Notes: generated from the letters alone by a model not told the origin. Counted from the stretch's first letter, positions 17,924-27,909 are shown. The stretch is 64,000 bases of DNA from an uncultured Gammaproteobacteria bacterium (GCA_902511025.1 CABXDP010000002.1:1466-65465); one strand, 5' to 3'. A program made the numbers and translations.

Positions 17924-18658
17924 TTAGTGAAAGACTAAGTCACACCAGTTCTTAAATAGAGTGAGTGATGCTTTTTTATTGGCCTTTAAGTTTTTTTCAA
18001 CCTCACCCTCAAAGTCACTCAAACCCTTAGTACCTAGAAGGTTCTCAAGCGCTTCTGGAATTCCAGGTATGCACATCCATCCCTCAAAAGTGTGACTACA
18101 AACTTCTGGATGGAATTGGCACGAATAGGCGTTCTCTGAGACCTGCATGATGTGATTGATACATTGATTGGATGAGGCTAGTATTTTAGAGCCCTGAGGA
18201 GCCTGAGTGACCTCCACTAAATGAACGTTAACCCATCTATCAGAGACATCAAAACCTTTTAATAAAGGATGATTTTGTCCCTCTTTAGTTGGCGTTATTT
18301 CGAACAAACCGACTTCATGGTTATCAGTTCTCTCTGCCTTTCCGCCTAATGCTTCTGCGAGGAGTTGATGGCCTAGACAAATACCAAGAAAAGGCATTTT
18401 AAAATCCCTCACAGCTTGACTAATGGCTATTTTTTCATCGATGAGCCATGGGTACTTATTTTCCTCCCAAACATTCATAGAGCCTCCCATGACCCAGAGA
18501 GCGTCATAGTGCTTTAATTTTGGAACTTGCTCGCCAGCGTGAAGGTCTACTTCATGAAATGAAATATTCATACTCTCAGCAAAATCTCTGAAAATGCCAG
18601 GATTCTGAGAAGACATATGTTTGAAAACAAGGATATTTTTTTTCAAATCAAATCTCAA
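17924..18658 (-). CDS. Class I glutamine amidotransferase-like protein (stand-alone)
   Basis: MGGSMNV, FLGICLGHQLL, QFHPE Cys-His-Glu triad. Confidence 0.9.
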   Translation of the reverse strand: MRFDLKKNILVFKHMSSQNPGIFRDFAESMNISFHEVDLHAGEQVPKLKHYDALWVMGGSMNVWEENKYPWLIDEKIAISQAVRDFKMPFLGICLGHQLLAEALGGKAERTDNHEVGLFEITPTKEGQNHPLLKGFDVSDRWVNVHLVEVTQAPQGSKILASSNQCINHIMQVSENAYSCQFHPEVCSHTFEGWMCIPGIPEALENLLGTKGLSDFEGEVEKNLKANKKASLTLFKNWCDLVFH

Positions 18659-18741
18659 TTAAATAATTAAGTGATATTGTAAATTATGAAAAATACAAAC
18701 GGCTGTTATTATTTTATTGACAAAATTTAGATCAATTCAAT

Positions 18742-21303
18742 TTAGAAGCTATATTGATAAGATATTTTGGCTTGCTTTAATGCATTGGTTGAGTCAACGT
18801 TGTAACCCAGTTTAAGATCTTTGTAATTTAGACCAACATAACTTGATGTTGCAATCTTAGCATCTTCTATATGGTTTCGATTAGAGGTCAAAACATGTTT
18901 TAATGAAAAACCAAACTGGTCATCAAAATCTTTACGATAAGATAAGCCGTAGGCTATTTCTCTGCCCCCAGCCTTCAAATCAATAGCTTTATTTCTATAG
19001 GATATAGTTCCATCGGACTCAGCTAAGTTTGCCATTCTAATCGACATCACACCTCCATTGACTCTATTGGGCTGACTGATTGATAATGAAAATTGATCGT
19101 CTCCTAAAATATTTTTTTTACTTGCTACAAATGCTAGACTTGACGATTTAACGTTGCTAGCTGAGTCTATAAAACTTGAGTTAGGTTTAGTCATATTAGT
19201 TTTAGCTATTGTCGCTAAGCCAGTCAAAGATAAGTTTTCATTGATATGACTTTGTGCCTTTAAAGCACTATAAACGGTACTTGTATTCGCCCCAACTGTT
19301 GAAAATGCATCACTTCCTTTAAGTCCCAGTAAATTATCTTTCTCTAAAGTAATGCCAGTCATGACTGTAAAGTTTGTATCGTTAGGATTTCCATACTCCA
19401 AAGAAGCAACAATAGATTGTCTTGATCCAATAGTGCCACTCTCATCATAAGGACTTCTAATTGGATTTGAAGCGCCAATCAATAACTGTGAATTCTCAAG
19501 CTCATACATAGCATTGAGTCCCAAACCTTCACTATTTGATGCAAGATATGGCGTTTCAAAGTCGGATAAATCGACTGTTAGCTCTGAACCCTTTCCAAAA
19601 AAACTTTGAACTGGAAGTGTATTATTGCCAAGCGTTAAACTTGTCTCTAATTTATTGCTATGAAATAAAGTTGGGACATTTCCAATGAATTTTTTTTCTG
19701 AAGAGTATTTATCATGAGCAATCATTGGAGTGTCTAACCTTGAAAGCTCTTCAGACAAGTTTATTGTTATTTCGTGATTATTTGGAGTACCTACTCTTGT
19801 AGACATTTCAAAATTAAATCCGCCATTTAAATCATCATAAGCGTATCCGACTTCGCCAATCAAGCCATGAGAAACTGCATCACCAAATGAACTAGACGGT
19901 GTAATGTATGATGAGCCAAGCGTATTGGCTTCACTTGATTGAATTGAGTTGCTAGTATATAGAGACATCGAAGCAGGATTTCCATCAGAGGTAATTGGAC
20001 TCAAAGCCGCATAGAAATCTGGAACTCCATGACCCCAAGTGGAGTGATAGCCATGCTTTACACTATTGCCATGCGTTGTGAAAGTCGTATTACCTTCAGG
20101 CGTAAACCAGTCATTGTTAGCTGAGGCCAATATTCTATCTACTAGTTGCTCAGGCGTATGATTTGGAAAAGCTTGCGCCATTAATGCAACCCCTCCTGAA
20201 ACCATTGGGGCAGTCCAAGATGAACCATAAGATATAGTGCCAGCATCAGAGTCATATTGACTTGTTCCGCTGTCTACATAGGTTGCTGCGTTAACATCAT
20301 ATCCATCAACTGACAAACAATACGCAGCTGTTGAGCCACATTTATTTCCTTTTAGCGTGAATTCTGAAGATGTAGCATTTGATAAATCAGAGTCGCCAGT
20401 GTATTGAACAACATTAGCAACTATCCATGCCTCTCCAAGGTCTGGAAATAACTCTGGCAAGCCAGCCATAGCGCTCGCATCTGACTCATCGACGTCATTG
20501 CCTGCTGACCAAACAACAACACCAGAGGATTCAAAATTATCTAATGCTGTGACGTAAGTATTCGAGTCTGTTAAGTCTTGGCCAGAGGATGAGCCGTGCA
20601 TTAAAACTGCCAAACCTTGAGCATTCGTTAAGCTATTGCTAGATATATACGACTCAAGTTCAGAGATGTTGTAACTAGTGCCTCCCGAGGTATAGCCCCA
20701 ACTCTGGTTTGAAGCTATTGCTCCAGCTGCTCTAGCAGCGTCTAAATCACTTGCATAATCGTCTCCCTCATTGGAGCCCACATATTTGCGAATACTAGAC
20801 AAAACTAGATCTGCATCGGGTGCCACACCACTTCTGGCGCTCACGTCTCCGGCAGCAAACATAGCTACACCTTGACAATGATTATTACTGGATGTTGCTG
20901 CGTCAAAAGTGCTCTCTCCTGAGCCGCCATCATCTAAGTTTGTTATTGTTTTATTGTCATAAATATCATGATTAACATCGCAGTAGAAATCTGCTATGTG
21001 GATTGTTTCTCCAGCACCTGTTAAATAAGCGCCATCTTTGGAAAAGGATTGAACCTTATGCACCCCCATTTGCTCATAAGGGTGAGTGACTCCGCCAGCT
21101 TCTATTGCCGTCCATGTAGATCTACTTTTTATTGTGTTTTGTGAGGAAGAACTGCCTTCTGTAAAAGATGTTGACTTAGCTAAAGCATAGTCAGTAGATG
21201 AAGAGCTAGCTACAACGCTAGAACTAGAACCTCCACCTCCCCCTCCAATACAACCTATCAAAGAGAGCGACATTGCTACAATAATCAGATTTTTAAGGTT
21301 CAC
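18742..21303 (-). CDS. S8 (subtilisin-like) peptidase lipoprotein with probable C-terminal beta-barrel
   Basis: Lipobox LIGC plus Gly/Ser linker; IHIAD, NHCQGVA, NQSWG, WSAGN, YGSSWTAPMVSGGVAL; ends in ISYQYSF. Confidence 0.8.
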   Translation of the reverse strand: MNLKNLIIVAMSLSLIGCIGGGGGGSSSSVVASSSSTDYALAKSTSFTEGSSSSQNTIKSRSTWTAIEAGGVTHPYEQMGVHKVQSFSKDGAYLTGAGETIHIADFYCDVNHDIYDNKTITNLDDGGSGESTFDAATSSNNHCQGVAMFAAGDVSARSGVAPDADLVLSSIRKYVGSNEGDDYASDLDAARAAGAIASNQSWGYTSGGTSYNISELESYISSNSLTNAQGLAVLMHGSSSGQDLTDSNTYVTALDNFESSGVVVWSAGNDVDESDASAMAGLPELFPDLGEAWIVANVVQYTGDSDLSNATSSEFTLKGNKCGSTAAYCLSVDGYDVNAATYVDSGTSQYDSDAGTISYGSSWTAPMVSGGVALMAQAFPNHTPEQLVDRILASANNDWFTPEGNTTFTTHGNSVKHGYHSTWGHGVPDFYAALSPITSDGNPASMSLYTSNSIQSSEANTLGSSYITPSSSFGDAVSHGLIGEVGYAYDDLNGGFNFEMSTRVGTPNNHEITINLSEELSRLDTPMIAHDKYSSEKKFIGNVPTLFHSNKLETSLTLGNNTLPVQSFFGKGSELTVDLSDFETPYLASNSEGLGLNAMYELENSQLLIGASNPIRSPYDESGTIGSRQSIVASLEYGNPNDTNFTVMTGITLEKDNLLGLKGSDAFSTVGANTSTVYSALKAQSHINENLSLTGLATIAKTNMTKPNSSFIDSASNVKSSSLAFVASKKNILGDDQFSLSISQPNRVNGGVMSIRMANLAESDGTISYRNKAIDLKAGGREIAYGLSYRKDFDDQFGFSLKHVLTSNRNHIEDAKIATSSYVGLNYKDLKLGYNVDSTNALKQAKISYQYSF

Positions 21304-21461
21304 TTATTAGCCAATTAAAGTTTGAGTCCAATATACCGTATTGGAGTAATATATTTATAATATTATTAAATCTAGTGAAATACAGATTTTCAACAAATGG
21401 TATTGAAAAAAGAGAATTAAATCATATATTATGGTGATACATTTTTTACTGGCTAATCACA

Positions 21462-22340
21462 ATGACATTAAGAGCAATCGAGGCAATACTTCCACCAGAC
21501 AATCTTCATTTTGTTGGTGATGGCTTTAGAGTTTATGGAATTTTAGGAAGGAGAGAGCCGCTTACAATGAGGCGAATGAGCCCATTTCTATTAATGGACT
21601 ACGCTCCAGTTCACTACTTTCCACCGAATGATGGTTCTCCTCGTGGTGTTGGATCTCATCCTCACAGAGGCATTGAAACAGTCACCATAGCATACAAAGG
21701 GAAAGTTGAACACAATGATAGTACCGGCGCAGGAGGCGTTATTGAAGAAGGTGGCATCCAGTGGATGACATCAGGCAAAGGGATACTTCACAAGGAGTAT
21801 CACGAGAAAAACTTCAGCAAAAAAGGTGGTGAGATGCAAATGGTTCAGCTCTGGGTCAATTTACCTGCAAGAGACAAAATGACAGACCCAAAGTACCAAA
21901 ATATCGAGAATAAAGATTTAGCTAAAGTAGATCTTGGTAATGGAATTGGATCCATCGATATTATTGCTGGTGAATTTAAAAAAAATAAAGGACCCGCTTC
22001 ATCTTTTACTCCAATGAGTCTCTTTAATGTCAAACTGAACAAAGGAAAGGGAACTAGTTTAAGTTTCAATGAGAATCATAATACTGGTCTTCTAATTATT
22101 AAAGGGAATATCATTATTAATAATAAAGAGAGAGCGCCAACGAATCACTTTGTCCTTTTTGAAAATAAAGGCAAAGAGTTTACAATAAAAGCGGAAGATG
22201 ACGCTGAAATACTGGTTCTCAGTGGTGAGCCTATTGACGAGCCCATTGCCTCTTATGGTCCATTTGTAATGAACACAAATGATGAAATTAAGCAAACCAT
22301 TGATGACTTTAATAGCGGTAAATTTGGTTATCTAGACTAG
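21462..22340 (+). CDS. Pirin family protein
   Basis: PFLLMD, HPHRGIETVT, QWMTSGKGILHKE, QLWVNLP, YGPFVMN. Confidence 0.95.
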   Translation: MTLRAIEAILPPDNLHFVGDGFRVYGILGRREPLTMRRMSPFLLMDYAPVHYFPPNDGSPRGVGSHPHRGIETVTIAYKGKVEHNDSTGAGGVIEEGGIQWMTSGKGILHKEYHEKNFSKKGGEMQMVQLWVNLPARDKMTDPKYQNIENKDLAKVDLGNGIGSIDIIAGEFKKNKGPASSFTPMSLFNVKLNKGKGTSLSFNENHNTGLLIIKGNIIINNKERAPTNHFVLFENKGKEFTIKAEDDAEILVLSGEPIDEPIASYGPFVMNTNDEIKQTIDDFNSGKFGYLD

Positions 22341-22349
22341 CTGTTCAAT

Positions 22350-23672
22350 TTAGCTGCTTCCAACAGAGGCTTCAAGTTTAGGATACTTAAAACCTAACGT
22401 AACTCCTCGTGCGATTGAAAAAATAATGAGAGATGCCCATAGCCCATGATTTTCATATTTAGGTAACAACAAAGCTAGCATCAACAAATAGACACAGAAA
22501 GAAATAAACATCATATTTCTCATATCCGTTGTTCTAGTAGCTCCTATAAAAATTCCATCCAACATCCAAGCGGCAGCTCCAGCTAGTGGTGCTAGGACCA
22601 TCCAGGGTAAGTATTCACGGCTTACTTCTCTGACGTTTTCAGCTGTTGTCATAACATCAATAATATTACCACCAAAAACAGCGAAAATAATTGCCATCAA
22701 AATGACGGAGCCAGAGCCCCATTGACTTGTCATAATGGCTGACCTTCGAAACAATACTCTATTTCGAGCTCCAAGTGCTTGCCCAACGAACGCCTCCGCT
22801 GCAAAAGCAAAGCCGTCCATAGCGTAAGCAGTTATATTTAAAAACTGAATGAGCACCTGGTTTGCTGCCAAGGTTGCATCATCAAAACTCGAACCAAGAA
22901 ATAAAAAACTCACAAATGCTATCTCAAGCAGAACCGATCGAATCAAAATATCAATATTCACTTTGGCCATCTTGATCAACCTAGCTTTGTCAAAAATTTG
23001 ATTCCAGTTTCTCCAGTAACCGTTTCTGAAGCCCTCTTTTGCAAGCCATAATCCAAACAGTAATCCTGTCCACTCTGCGACAATAGTTGCTAGCGCGACT
23101 CCTTCAACCCCCCATCCAAATTTAAGAACAAAAATAAAATCTAAAGTTATGTTGATACTATTAATAAGCAGCATCAAAATTAAGACTGCACTCGCCCTCT
23201 CTTGGGCAATGAGCCATCCAGTTATTCCAAAAATAGCTATTGCTGCTGGGGCACTATAAACCCTTATCTGTAAATACTCTTTTGCCAAAGACTCAACTTC
23301 AAAGGAGGCAGGAGCCAACCCAAGAGCTGCTCCAAAGAGAGGTATTTGAGTCATTATGAGAACTAGCCCAGCACTAAGCCCAATAAGGATTCCTCTTACT
23401 AGGAGAGCTGATGTCTCTAGATCATCCTTTGAACCAATGGCCTGAGCTGTTAGCCCAGTGGTTCCCATTCTTAGAAAGCCAAAGAGCCAATAGATGGCTG
23501 AAATAATAATAGCACCTATACCAACTGCGCCAATTGGAGCAGCTAAGCCCATCTGACCAACAACTGCGGTATCAACGGCTCCCAGAATTGGAATGGTTGC
23601 ATTGGCTAGAACAATTGGAATAGCAACACTTAAAACTCTTTTATGAGTAAGCATTGTTGAACTGTAGCTCAT
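22350..23672 (-). CDS. MATE family efflux transporter (DinF-like)
   Basis: PILGAVDTAVVG, FLRMGTTG, about 12 TM segments. Confidence 0.92.
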   Translation of the reverse strand: MSYSSTMLTHKRVLSVAIPIVLANATIPILGAVDTAVVGQMGLAAPIGAVGIGAIIISAIYWLFGFLRMGTTGLTAQAIGSKDDLETSALLVRGILIGLSAGLVLIMTQIPLFGAALGLAPASFEVESLAKEYLQIRVYSAPAAIAIFGITGWLIAQERASAVLILMLLINSINITLDFIFVLKFGWGVEGVALATIVAEWTGLLFGLWLAKEGFRNGYWRNWNQIFDKARLIKMAKVNIDILIRSVLLEIAFVSFLFLGSSFDDATLAANQVLIQFLNITAYAMDGFAFAAEAFVGQALGARNRVLFRRSAIMTSQWGSGSVILMAIIFAVFGGNIIDVMTTAENVREVSREYLPWMVLAPLAGAAAWMLDGIFIGATRTTDMRNMMFISFCVYLLMLALLLPKYENHGLWASLIIFSIARGVTLGFKYPKLEASVGSS

Positions 23673-23690
23673 ATAGAATTAGTCTAGATT

Positions 23691-24032
23691 TTAGCTAGAG
23701 AGAGTTCGATTGAAAATTTTGAAACGCCAGTAAAGAATAAATGCAAGAATAGCATACAAAAGCTTTGCAAAGGTAAATACGCCAGGCAAACTCACAAACG
23801 TTGCCAGCCAGCCATAACCTTTGGTGTTACTCCAGACATAAATGAAAGCTTCAACTCCCTTAATTTCACTACCATCTGGAAACTCCACATAGAGTGCTTT
23901 TAGGTATTTGTCACCTTTATGGCTACAGTCCTCATATCGAAGCTGAGATCTCTTTTTATAGTGCTTGATTTCGAAGTTACAGATACTGCACTCTTCGTTG
24001 AATAAAACCTTTCCTTCTAAACCACTTTTCAT
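23691..24032 (-). CDS. DCC (DUF393)-family thiol-disulfide oxidoreductase-like protein
   Basis: VLFNEECSICNFEI CxxC, GVEAF..VW, Y motif. Confidence 0.75.
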   Translation of the reverse strand: MKSGLEGKVLFNEECSICNFEIKHYKKRSQLRYEDCSHKGDKYLKALYVEFPDGSEIKGVEAFIYVWSNTKGYGWLATFVSLPGVFTFAKLLYAILAFILYWRFKIFNRTLSS

Positions 24033-24073
24033 AATCAGCTAATATAGTCAAATCACACATTCTTGTAAATGAT

Positions 24074-24217
24074 CTATTTGAATCCCTCAACAATTTGCCA
24101 AGAGCTTATTTCCTCTAGTTTAACTGTATTATCTAAGCAGCCATTTATAAAAAAACTTAATGCAATTAAACTAAAAATTTTAAAAAACTTTATATACCTC
24201 ATCAAAGCATTTTTCAT
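24074..24217 (-). CDS. Putative very small lipoprotein (47 aa; alternative start 24202)
   Basis: MKNALMRYIKFFKIFSLIALSFFINGC-LDNTVKLEEISSWQIVEGFK*: basic N-terminus, hydrophobic core, lipobox-like INGC. Confidence 0.45.
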   Translation of the reverse strand: MKNALMRYIKFFKIFSLIALSFFINGCLDNTVKLEEISSWQIVEGFK

Positions 24218-24321
24218 AGTGATACATTATACATTGATGGGAATTAGAGTTATCATCTTGGTTAATTTGTAATGAATTCCAATATGAACTATAATTATCA
24301 TTTTCAATTCTATTTTTATTC

Positions 24322-24567
24322 ATGGACTTTCATAGCCAAAAAGACCTCTTTAATAACCATAGACATCAAGCCATTCGTAACCTATTCATTGAAAAAAGAA
24401 AGCTTTTGGGGCTGTCTCAAAATGAACTAGCAGCTCAAATGCAAACTGATGTCTCAAGTATTATTCACATGGAGTCTTATCCTGGAAATTTTAAGTTTGC
24501 TGATATTCAACTTTTTAGTGACGCTCTGAAAGTCTCAATAAAAGAGTTAGAAAATTTGTTGAAATAA
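24322..24567 (+). CDS. Small XRE-family helix-turn-helix protein
   Basis: RKLLGLSQNELAAQMQTDVSSIIHME. Confidence 0.75.
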   Translation: MDFHSQKDLFNNHRHQAIRNLFIEKRKLLGLSQNELAAQMQTDVSSIIHMESYPGNFKFADIQLFSDALKVSIKELENLLK

Positions 24568-24673
24568 TCCTGATATTTTAAAGATCAATTCTACTAGGCA
24601 TATCAAATCATTACTGCCATTGATTAATTCTTATTCAGGTATAGTTTGAATATCAAAATTTATAGACTTTCAA

Positions 24674-25618
24674 TTGCAAAAAAACCCATTAAATAACCTC
24701 AAAATAATTCATTATTTTTTATTGCAAAGTGCTCAAACTAAAGCCATAATTTTAAATATTTTGTCTATTGTTTTGTTTTCAATCATGGTTGTTTTTATTA
24801 GAAAGGCATCCGAAAACCTGCATGTTCTTGAAGTCGTTTTTTTCCGGAACCTATTAGCTGTGATTGTAATGCTACCAATATTAAGATCAACAGGTTTAGC
24901 CGCTATAAAAATGAAAAATAAAAAGTTGTTTTTTATAAGAGCTTTTGTTGGTGCTATAGGAATGATTGCAGGCTTTACTTGCTTAACCCTCATACCTCTG
25001 GCTCAGGCAACTGCAATCAGTTTCTCTCAACCACTTTTCATTACGATCGGAGCGACTCTATTTTTAGGTGAAATAATTAAAGCTAGAAGGATAGCTGCCA
25101 TCATTGTTGGTGTTATTGGAATGCTAATCATTGTTCAGCCTGGTTTCAGTGGCTTCTCTTTTGGAATCATACTCGCAATAATTTCAGCTTTAGCTCTCTC
25201 AATTAATGCATTAATAGTCAAAAAGCTTACTCTGACTGACACACCTCAAGCAATCATTATGTGGATGGTAATTATGCTTATTCCAATTACCCTAATTACT
25301 GCCGTGCCAGTTTGGCAGTGGCCTAATTTATTGACTTGGCTATATCTATGGGGGATTGCAATCTTAGGAACAATGGCTCATTTTGCGTGGACTAAATCCT
25401 ATGCAATGGCTGAAATTACAAGTCTTGAACCAATTGGCTTTATAAAACTACCTATTATTGCTCTTTTGGGGTGGATGATTTTTTCAGAAATTCCTGGCAC
25501 CTGGACTTGGATTGGAGGTTTCATAATTTTTATGTCAACAATTTATATCAGCCATCGAGAGACAAAAGCTGCAGACTCACTGAAGCCAAATGATGGCGCT
25601 CAAGAACCTAAACTTTAA
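24674..25618 (+). CDS. DMT (EamA) family transporter
   Basis: VVFFRN, LAQATAISFSQPLF, LFLGE; about 10 TM; exact start uncertain. Confidence 0.9.
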   Translation: MQKNPLNNLKIIHYFLLQSAQTKAIILNILSIVLFSIMVVFIRKASENLHVLEVVFFRNLLAVIVMLPILRSTGLAAIKMKNKKLFFIRAFVGAIGMIAGFTCLTLIPLAQATAISFSQPLFITIGATLFLGEIIKARRIAAIIVGVIGMLIIVQPGFSGFSFGIILAIISALALSINALIVKKLTLTDTPQAIIMWMVIMLIPITLITAVPVWQWPNLLTWLYLWGIAILGTMAHFAWTKSYAMAEITSLEPIGFIKLPIIALLGWMIFSEIPGTWTWIGGFIIFMSTIYISHRETKAADSLKPNDGAQEPKL

Positions 25619-25632
25619 CTTGATTAATAAAA

Positions 25633-25709
25633 TGGTCGGGTCGGCAAGATTTGAACTTGCGACCACTTAACCTCCAGTCAAATGCATTACCAACCTTGCA
25701 TATACCTCA
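25633..25709 (-). pseudogene. Degenerate full-length copy of tRNA-Pro (att-like direct repeat)
   Basis: 45 of 48 nt identical to 26283-26330 at an exact 650-bp offset; the 5' third is decayed but still aligns without gaps; anticodon loop changed GGG to GGA. Confidence 0.85.
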
Positions 25710-25819
25710 TGTGGAAACTTAGTATTATTTTTATAAAAGTCACATAAAGAACGCCAAAAACAAATGGAAATATGCTAACTTATAATAGAAAAGTAAGCTC
25801 TTAATTCTCACTAATAGGA

Positions 25820-26266
25820 ATGAATATGGAAATGAAGGAAATGAATACTGATGAAGTATGTGAAATCTTTAAAGAAATAATTGAATATGAACTTGCAGGA
25901 GTTGTAAGGTATACACACTCCTCTTTAATGGTTACGGGTCCTTATCGAATACCCATAGTTACATTTCTTAAGGAGCAAGCTGCTGAATCAATGCTTCATG
26001 CGCAACAAGCAGGTGAATTACTAGTTGGTCTTGATGGTCATCCTAGCCTCAAAGTAGCCAAAATTAAAGAAACTCATAGACACTCAATCAAAGATATTTT
26101 AGAGGAAAGCCTCGAACATGAATTGCATGCGTTGAGTTTATACAAAAAGTTATTAAAATCCGTTGCCGATTCTTCAGTTTACCTAGAGGAGTATGCCAGA
26201 ACTATGATTGGTGAAGAGGAACAACACTCTCTCGAGCTTAAAGCTATGTTGAAAGACTTTGGTTAA
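25820..26266 (+). CDS. Ferritin-like / bacterioferritin-family protein
   Basis: EYELAGVVRY, ESMLHA, GHPSL, EHELHA, EEEQH four-helix-bundle pattern. Confidence 0.85.
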   Translation: MNMEMKEMNTDEVCEIFKEIIEYELAGVVRYTHSSLMVTGPYRIPIVTFLKEQAAESMLHAQQAGELLVGLDGHPSLKVAKIKETHRHSIKDILEESLEHELHALSLYKKLLKSVADSSVYLEEYARTMIGEEEQHSLELKAMLKDFG

Positions 26267-26282
26267 TTATTAGAAAAATTAA

Positions 26283-26361
<79 letters not shown>

Positions 26362-26374
26362 AGAACTTTAATTC

Positions 26375-26644
26375 TTAATTTCTAAATTTGCCGTATAGAA
26401 AGCCAAAAACAAAAGCAAATATGGCAAATGGCGCTGACATAATAAGCCAATAAATTATATTATTTAGATTTTGATCATAAACAAAAGGCCTGATATAAAA
26501 GGAAGTGGAAGCAAAAAGACTCCATGCCAAGAATGTTCTCCCATAGAAGATCGATTTAGATGACAATTCATTCTTTGGTCTTACAATTCTGAAAAAGAGG
26601 TAGCCGAAACCTACCGCTATTAAAATACTAATAAAATTAATCAT
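26375..26644 (-). CDS. Hypothetical membrane protein (3 TM)
   Basis: 89-aa hydrophobic ORF with GGGAG RBS. Confidence 0.65.
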   Translation of the reverse strand: MINFISILIAVGFGYLFFRIVRPKNELSSKSIFYGRTFLAWSLFASTSFYIRPFVYDQNLNNIIYWLIMSAPFAIFAFVFGFLYGKFRN

Positions 26645-26674
26645 CTCAAACTCCCTAATAGTTTGCCTTTCTTT

Positions 26675-27415
26675 TTAATTACAAATTGGACATTTTGGAT
26701 CTTTACCAATTTTGACCTTTCTAAAGCTTAAGTCAAGTGCATCAACCAAAAGGAGTGACCCACTTAACTGATCTCCTAAGTTTAATATAACTTTAATTGC
26801 CTGTAGGGCTTGTATCGTGCCTATTAAACCAGCAACTGGAGCTAGAACGCCATTCTCAATACAGCTCTCATTCTCTTCACCTTCAACCGAGTATAAGCAC
26901 TGATAACAAGGGAGATTTTTTTGATGTCCCTCAAAGATAGAGACCTGACCTTCAAACCGAACAACTGCTGCAGAAATCAGCGGCTTCTTATTCTCAACGC
27001 AGACCTTATTGATCTCAAAACGACTTTCAAAGTTATCGGTTCCATCTAGGACAATATCAACCCCTTTTATCAATTCATTAAGGTTGTCTGTATGAATGAG
27101 CTCATTAGCAATCGTCACTTTGATCTCAGGATTAAGTTTAGTCAATTTATTTTTGGCTGAGTTGACTTTATCATCACCAATATCCTCAGTCTGGTGAATG
27201 ATCTGTCGCTGCAAGTTGGATAGCTCAACCTGATCAAAGTCAGCAATCACAATATGGCCAACACCTGCTGCTGCCAAATAAAGGGCTGTCGGTGATCCAA
27301 GTCCTCCCATGCCTATAATAAGGACAGTCGAATCTATAATTTTCTGTTGACCCTCAACATCAACCTGAGGTAGCATGATTTGTTTAGAGTACCTTAGAAG
27401 CTCTTGATCTTCCAT
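26675..27415 (-). CDS. moeB: MoeB/ThiF family adenylyltransferase
   Basis: RYSKQI, GMGGLGS, SNLQRQ, DGTDN, CYQC and CPIC; MoeB versus ThiF role cannot be resolved here. Confidence 0.85.
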   Translation of the reverse strand: MEDQELLRYSKQIMLPQVDVEGQQKIIDSTVLIIGMGGLGSPTALYLAAAGVGHIVIADFDQVELSNLQRQIIHQTEDIGDDKVNSAKNKLTKLNPEIKVTIANELIHTDNLNELIKGVDIVLDGTDNFESRFEINKVCVENKKPLISAAVVRFEGQVSIFEGHQKNLPCYQCLYSVEGEENESCIENGVLAPVAGLIGTIQALQAIKVILNLGDQLSGSLLLVDALDLSFRKVKIGKDPKCPICN

Positions 27416-27420
27416 AAATA

Positions 27421-27909
27421 TTAGTCTCTAAAGTACTTTTGAATTTTTGGCAAAATGACCATTCGGCAATAGGGTTGATTCAAATTATCGTTGAAGTAGT
27501 TTTGATGATAGCCCTCAGCAGGATAAAAAACATCAAGCTCAGTAACTTCAGTGACCGCACCCTTGATATTCCTAATCACTGAGGTTGCAATTTCCTTCTG
27601 CGAGTCGTTCACATAGAAGATGGCTGATCGGTACTGAGTTCCTTTATCTGCCCCCTGCTGATTCAGGCTCGTTGGATCATGGGTGGCAATAAAGACCTCA
27701 AGCAACTCTTCAAACGAAACTATGCTCTCATCAAATTCAATTTTAACCACTTCAGCATGCCCTGTTTGACCCGTGCATATAGACTCATAGGAAGGGTTTT
27801 GAGTGGATCCATTACAATAGCCATTTTTGAGTACAGTGATTCCATTAACACGCTGAAAAATTGCCTCCACACACCAAAAACATCCTCCGGCTAGATATGC
27901 TGTTTCCAT
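27421..27909 (-). CDS. msrA: Peptide-methionine (S)-S-oxide reductase
   Basis: GGCFWC, TGHAE, GTQYRSAI, AEGYHQNY. Confidence 0.97.
   Translation of the reverse strand: METAYLAGGCFWCVEAIFQRVNGITVLKNGYCNGSTQNPSYESICTGQTGHAEVVKIEFDESIVSFEELLEVFIATHDPTSLNQQGADKGTQYRSAIFYVNDSQKEIATSVIRNIKGAVTEVTELDVFYPAEGYHQNYFNDNLNQPYCRMVILPKIQKYFRD

Noticed and set aside
24069-24272. Plus-strand 67-aa ORF
   Set aside because: No recognisable features; the opposite strand encodes a more plausible lipoprotein-like peptide.
25633-25709. Functional tRNA-Ser(GGA) arising from the tRNA-Pro copy
   Set aside because: The acceptor-stem 5' strand and D-arm are degraded, so the cloverleaf cannot form properly.
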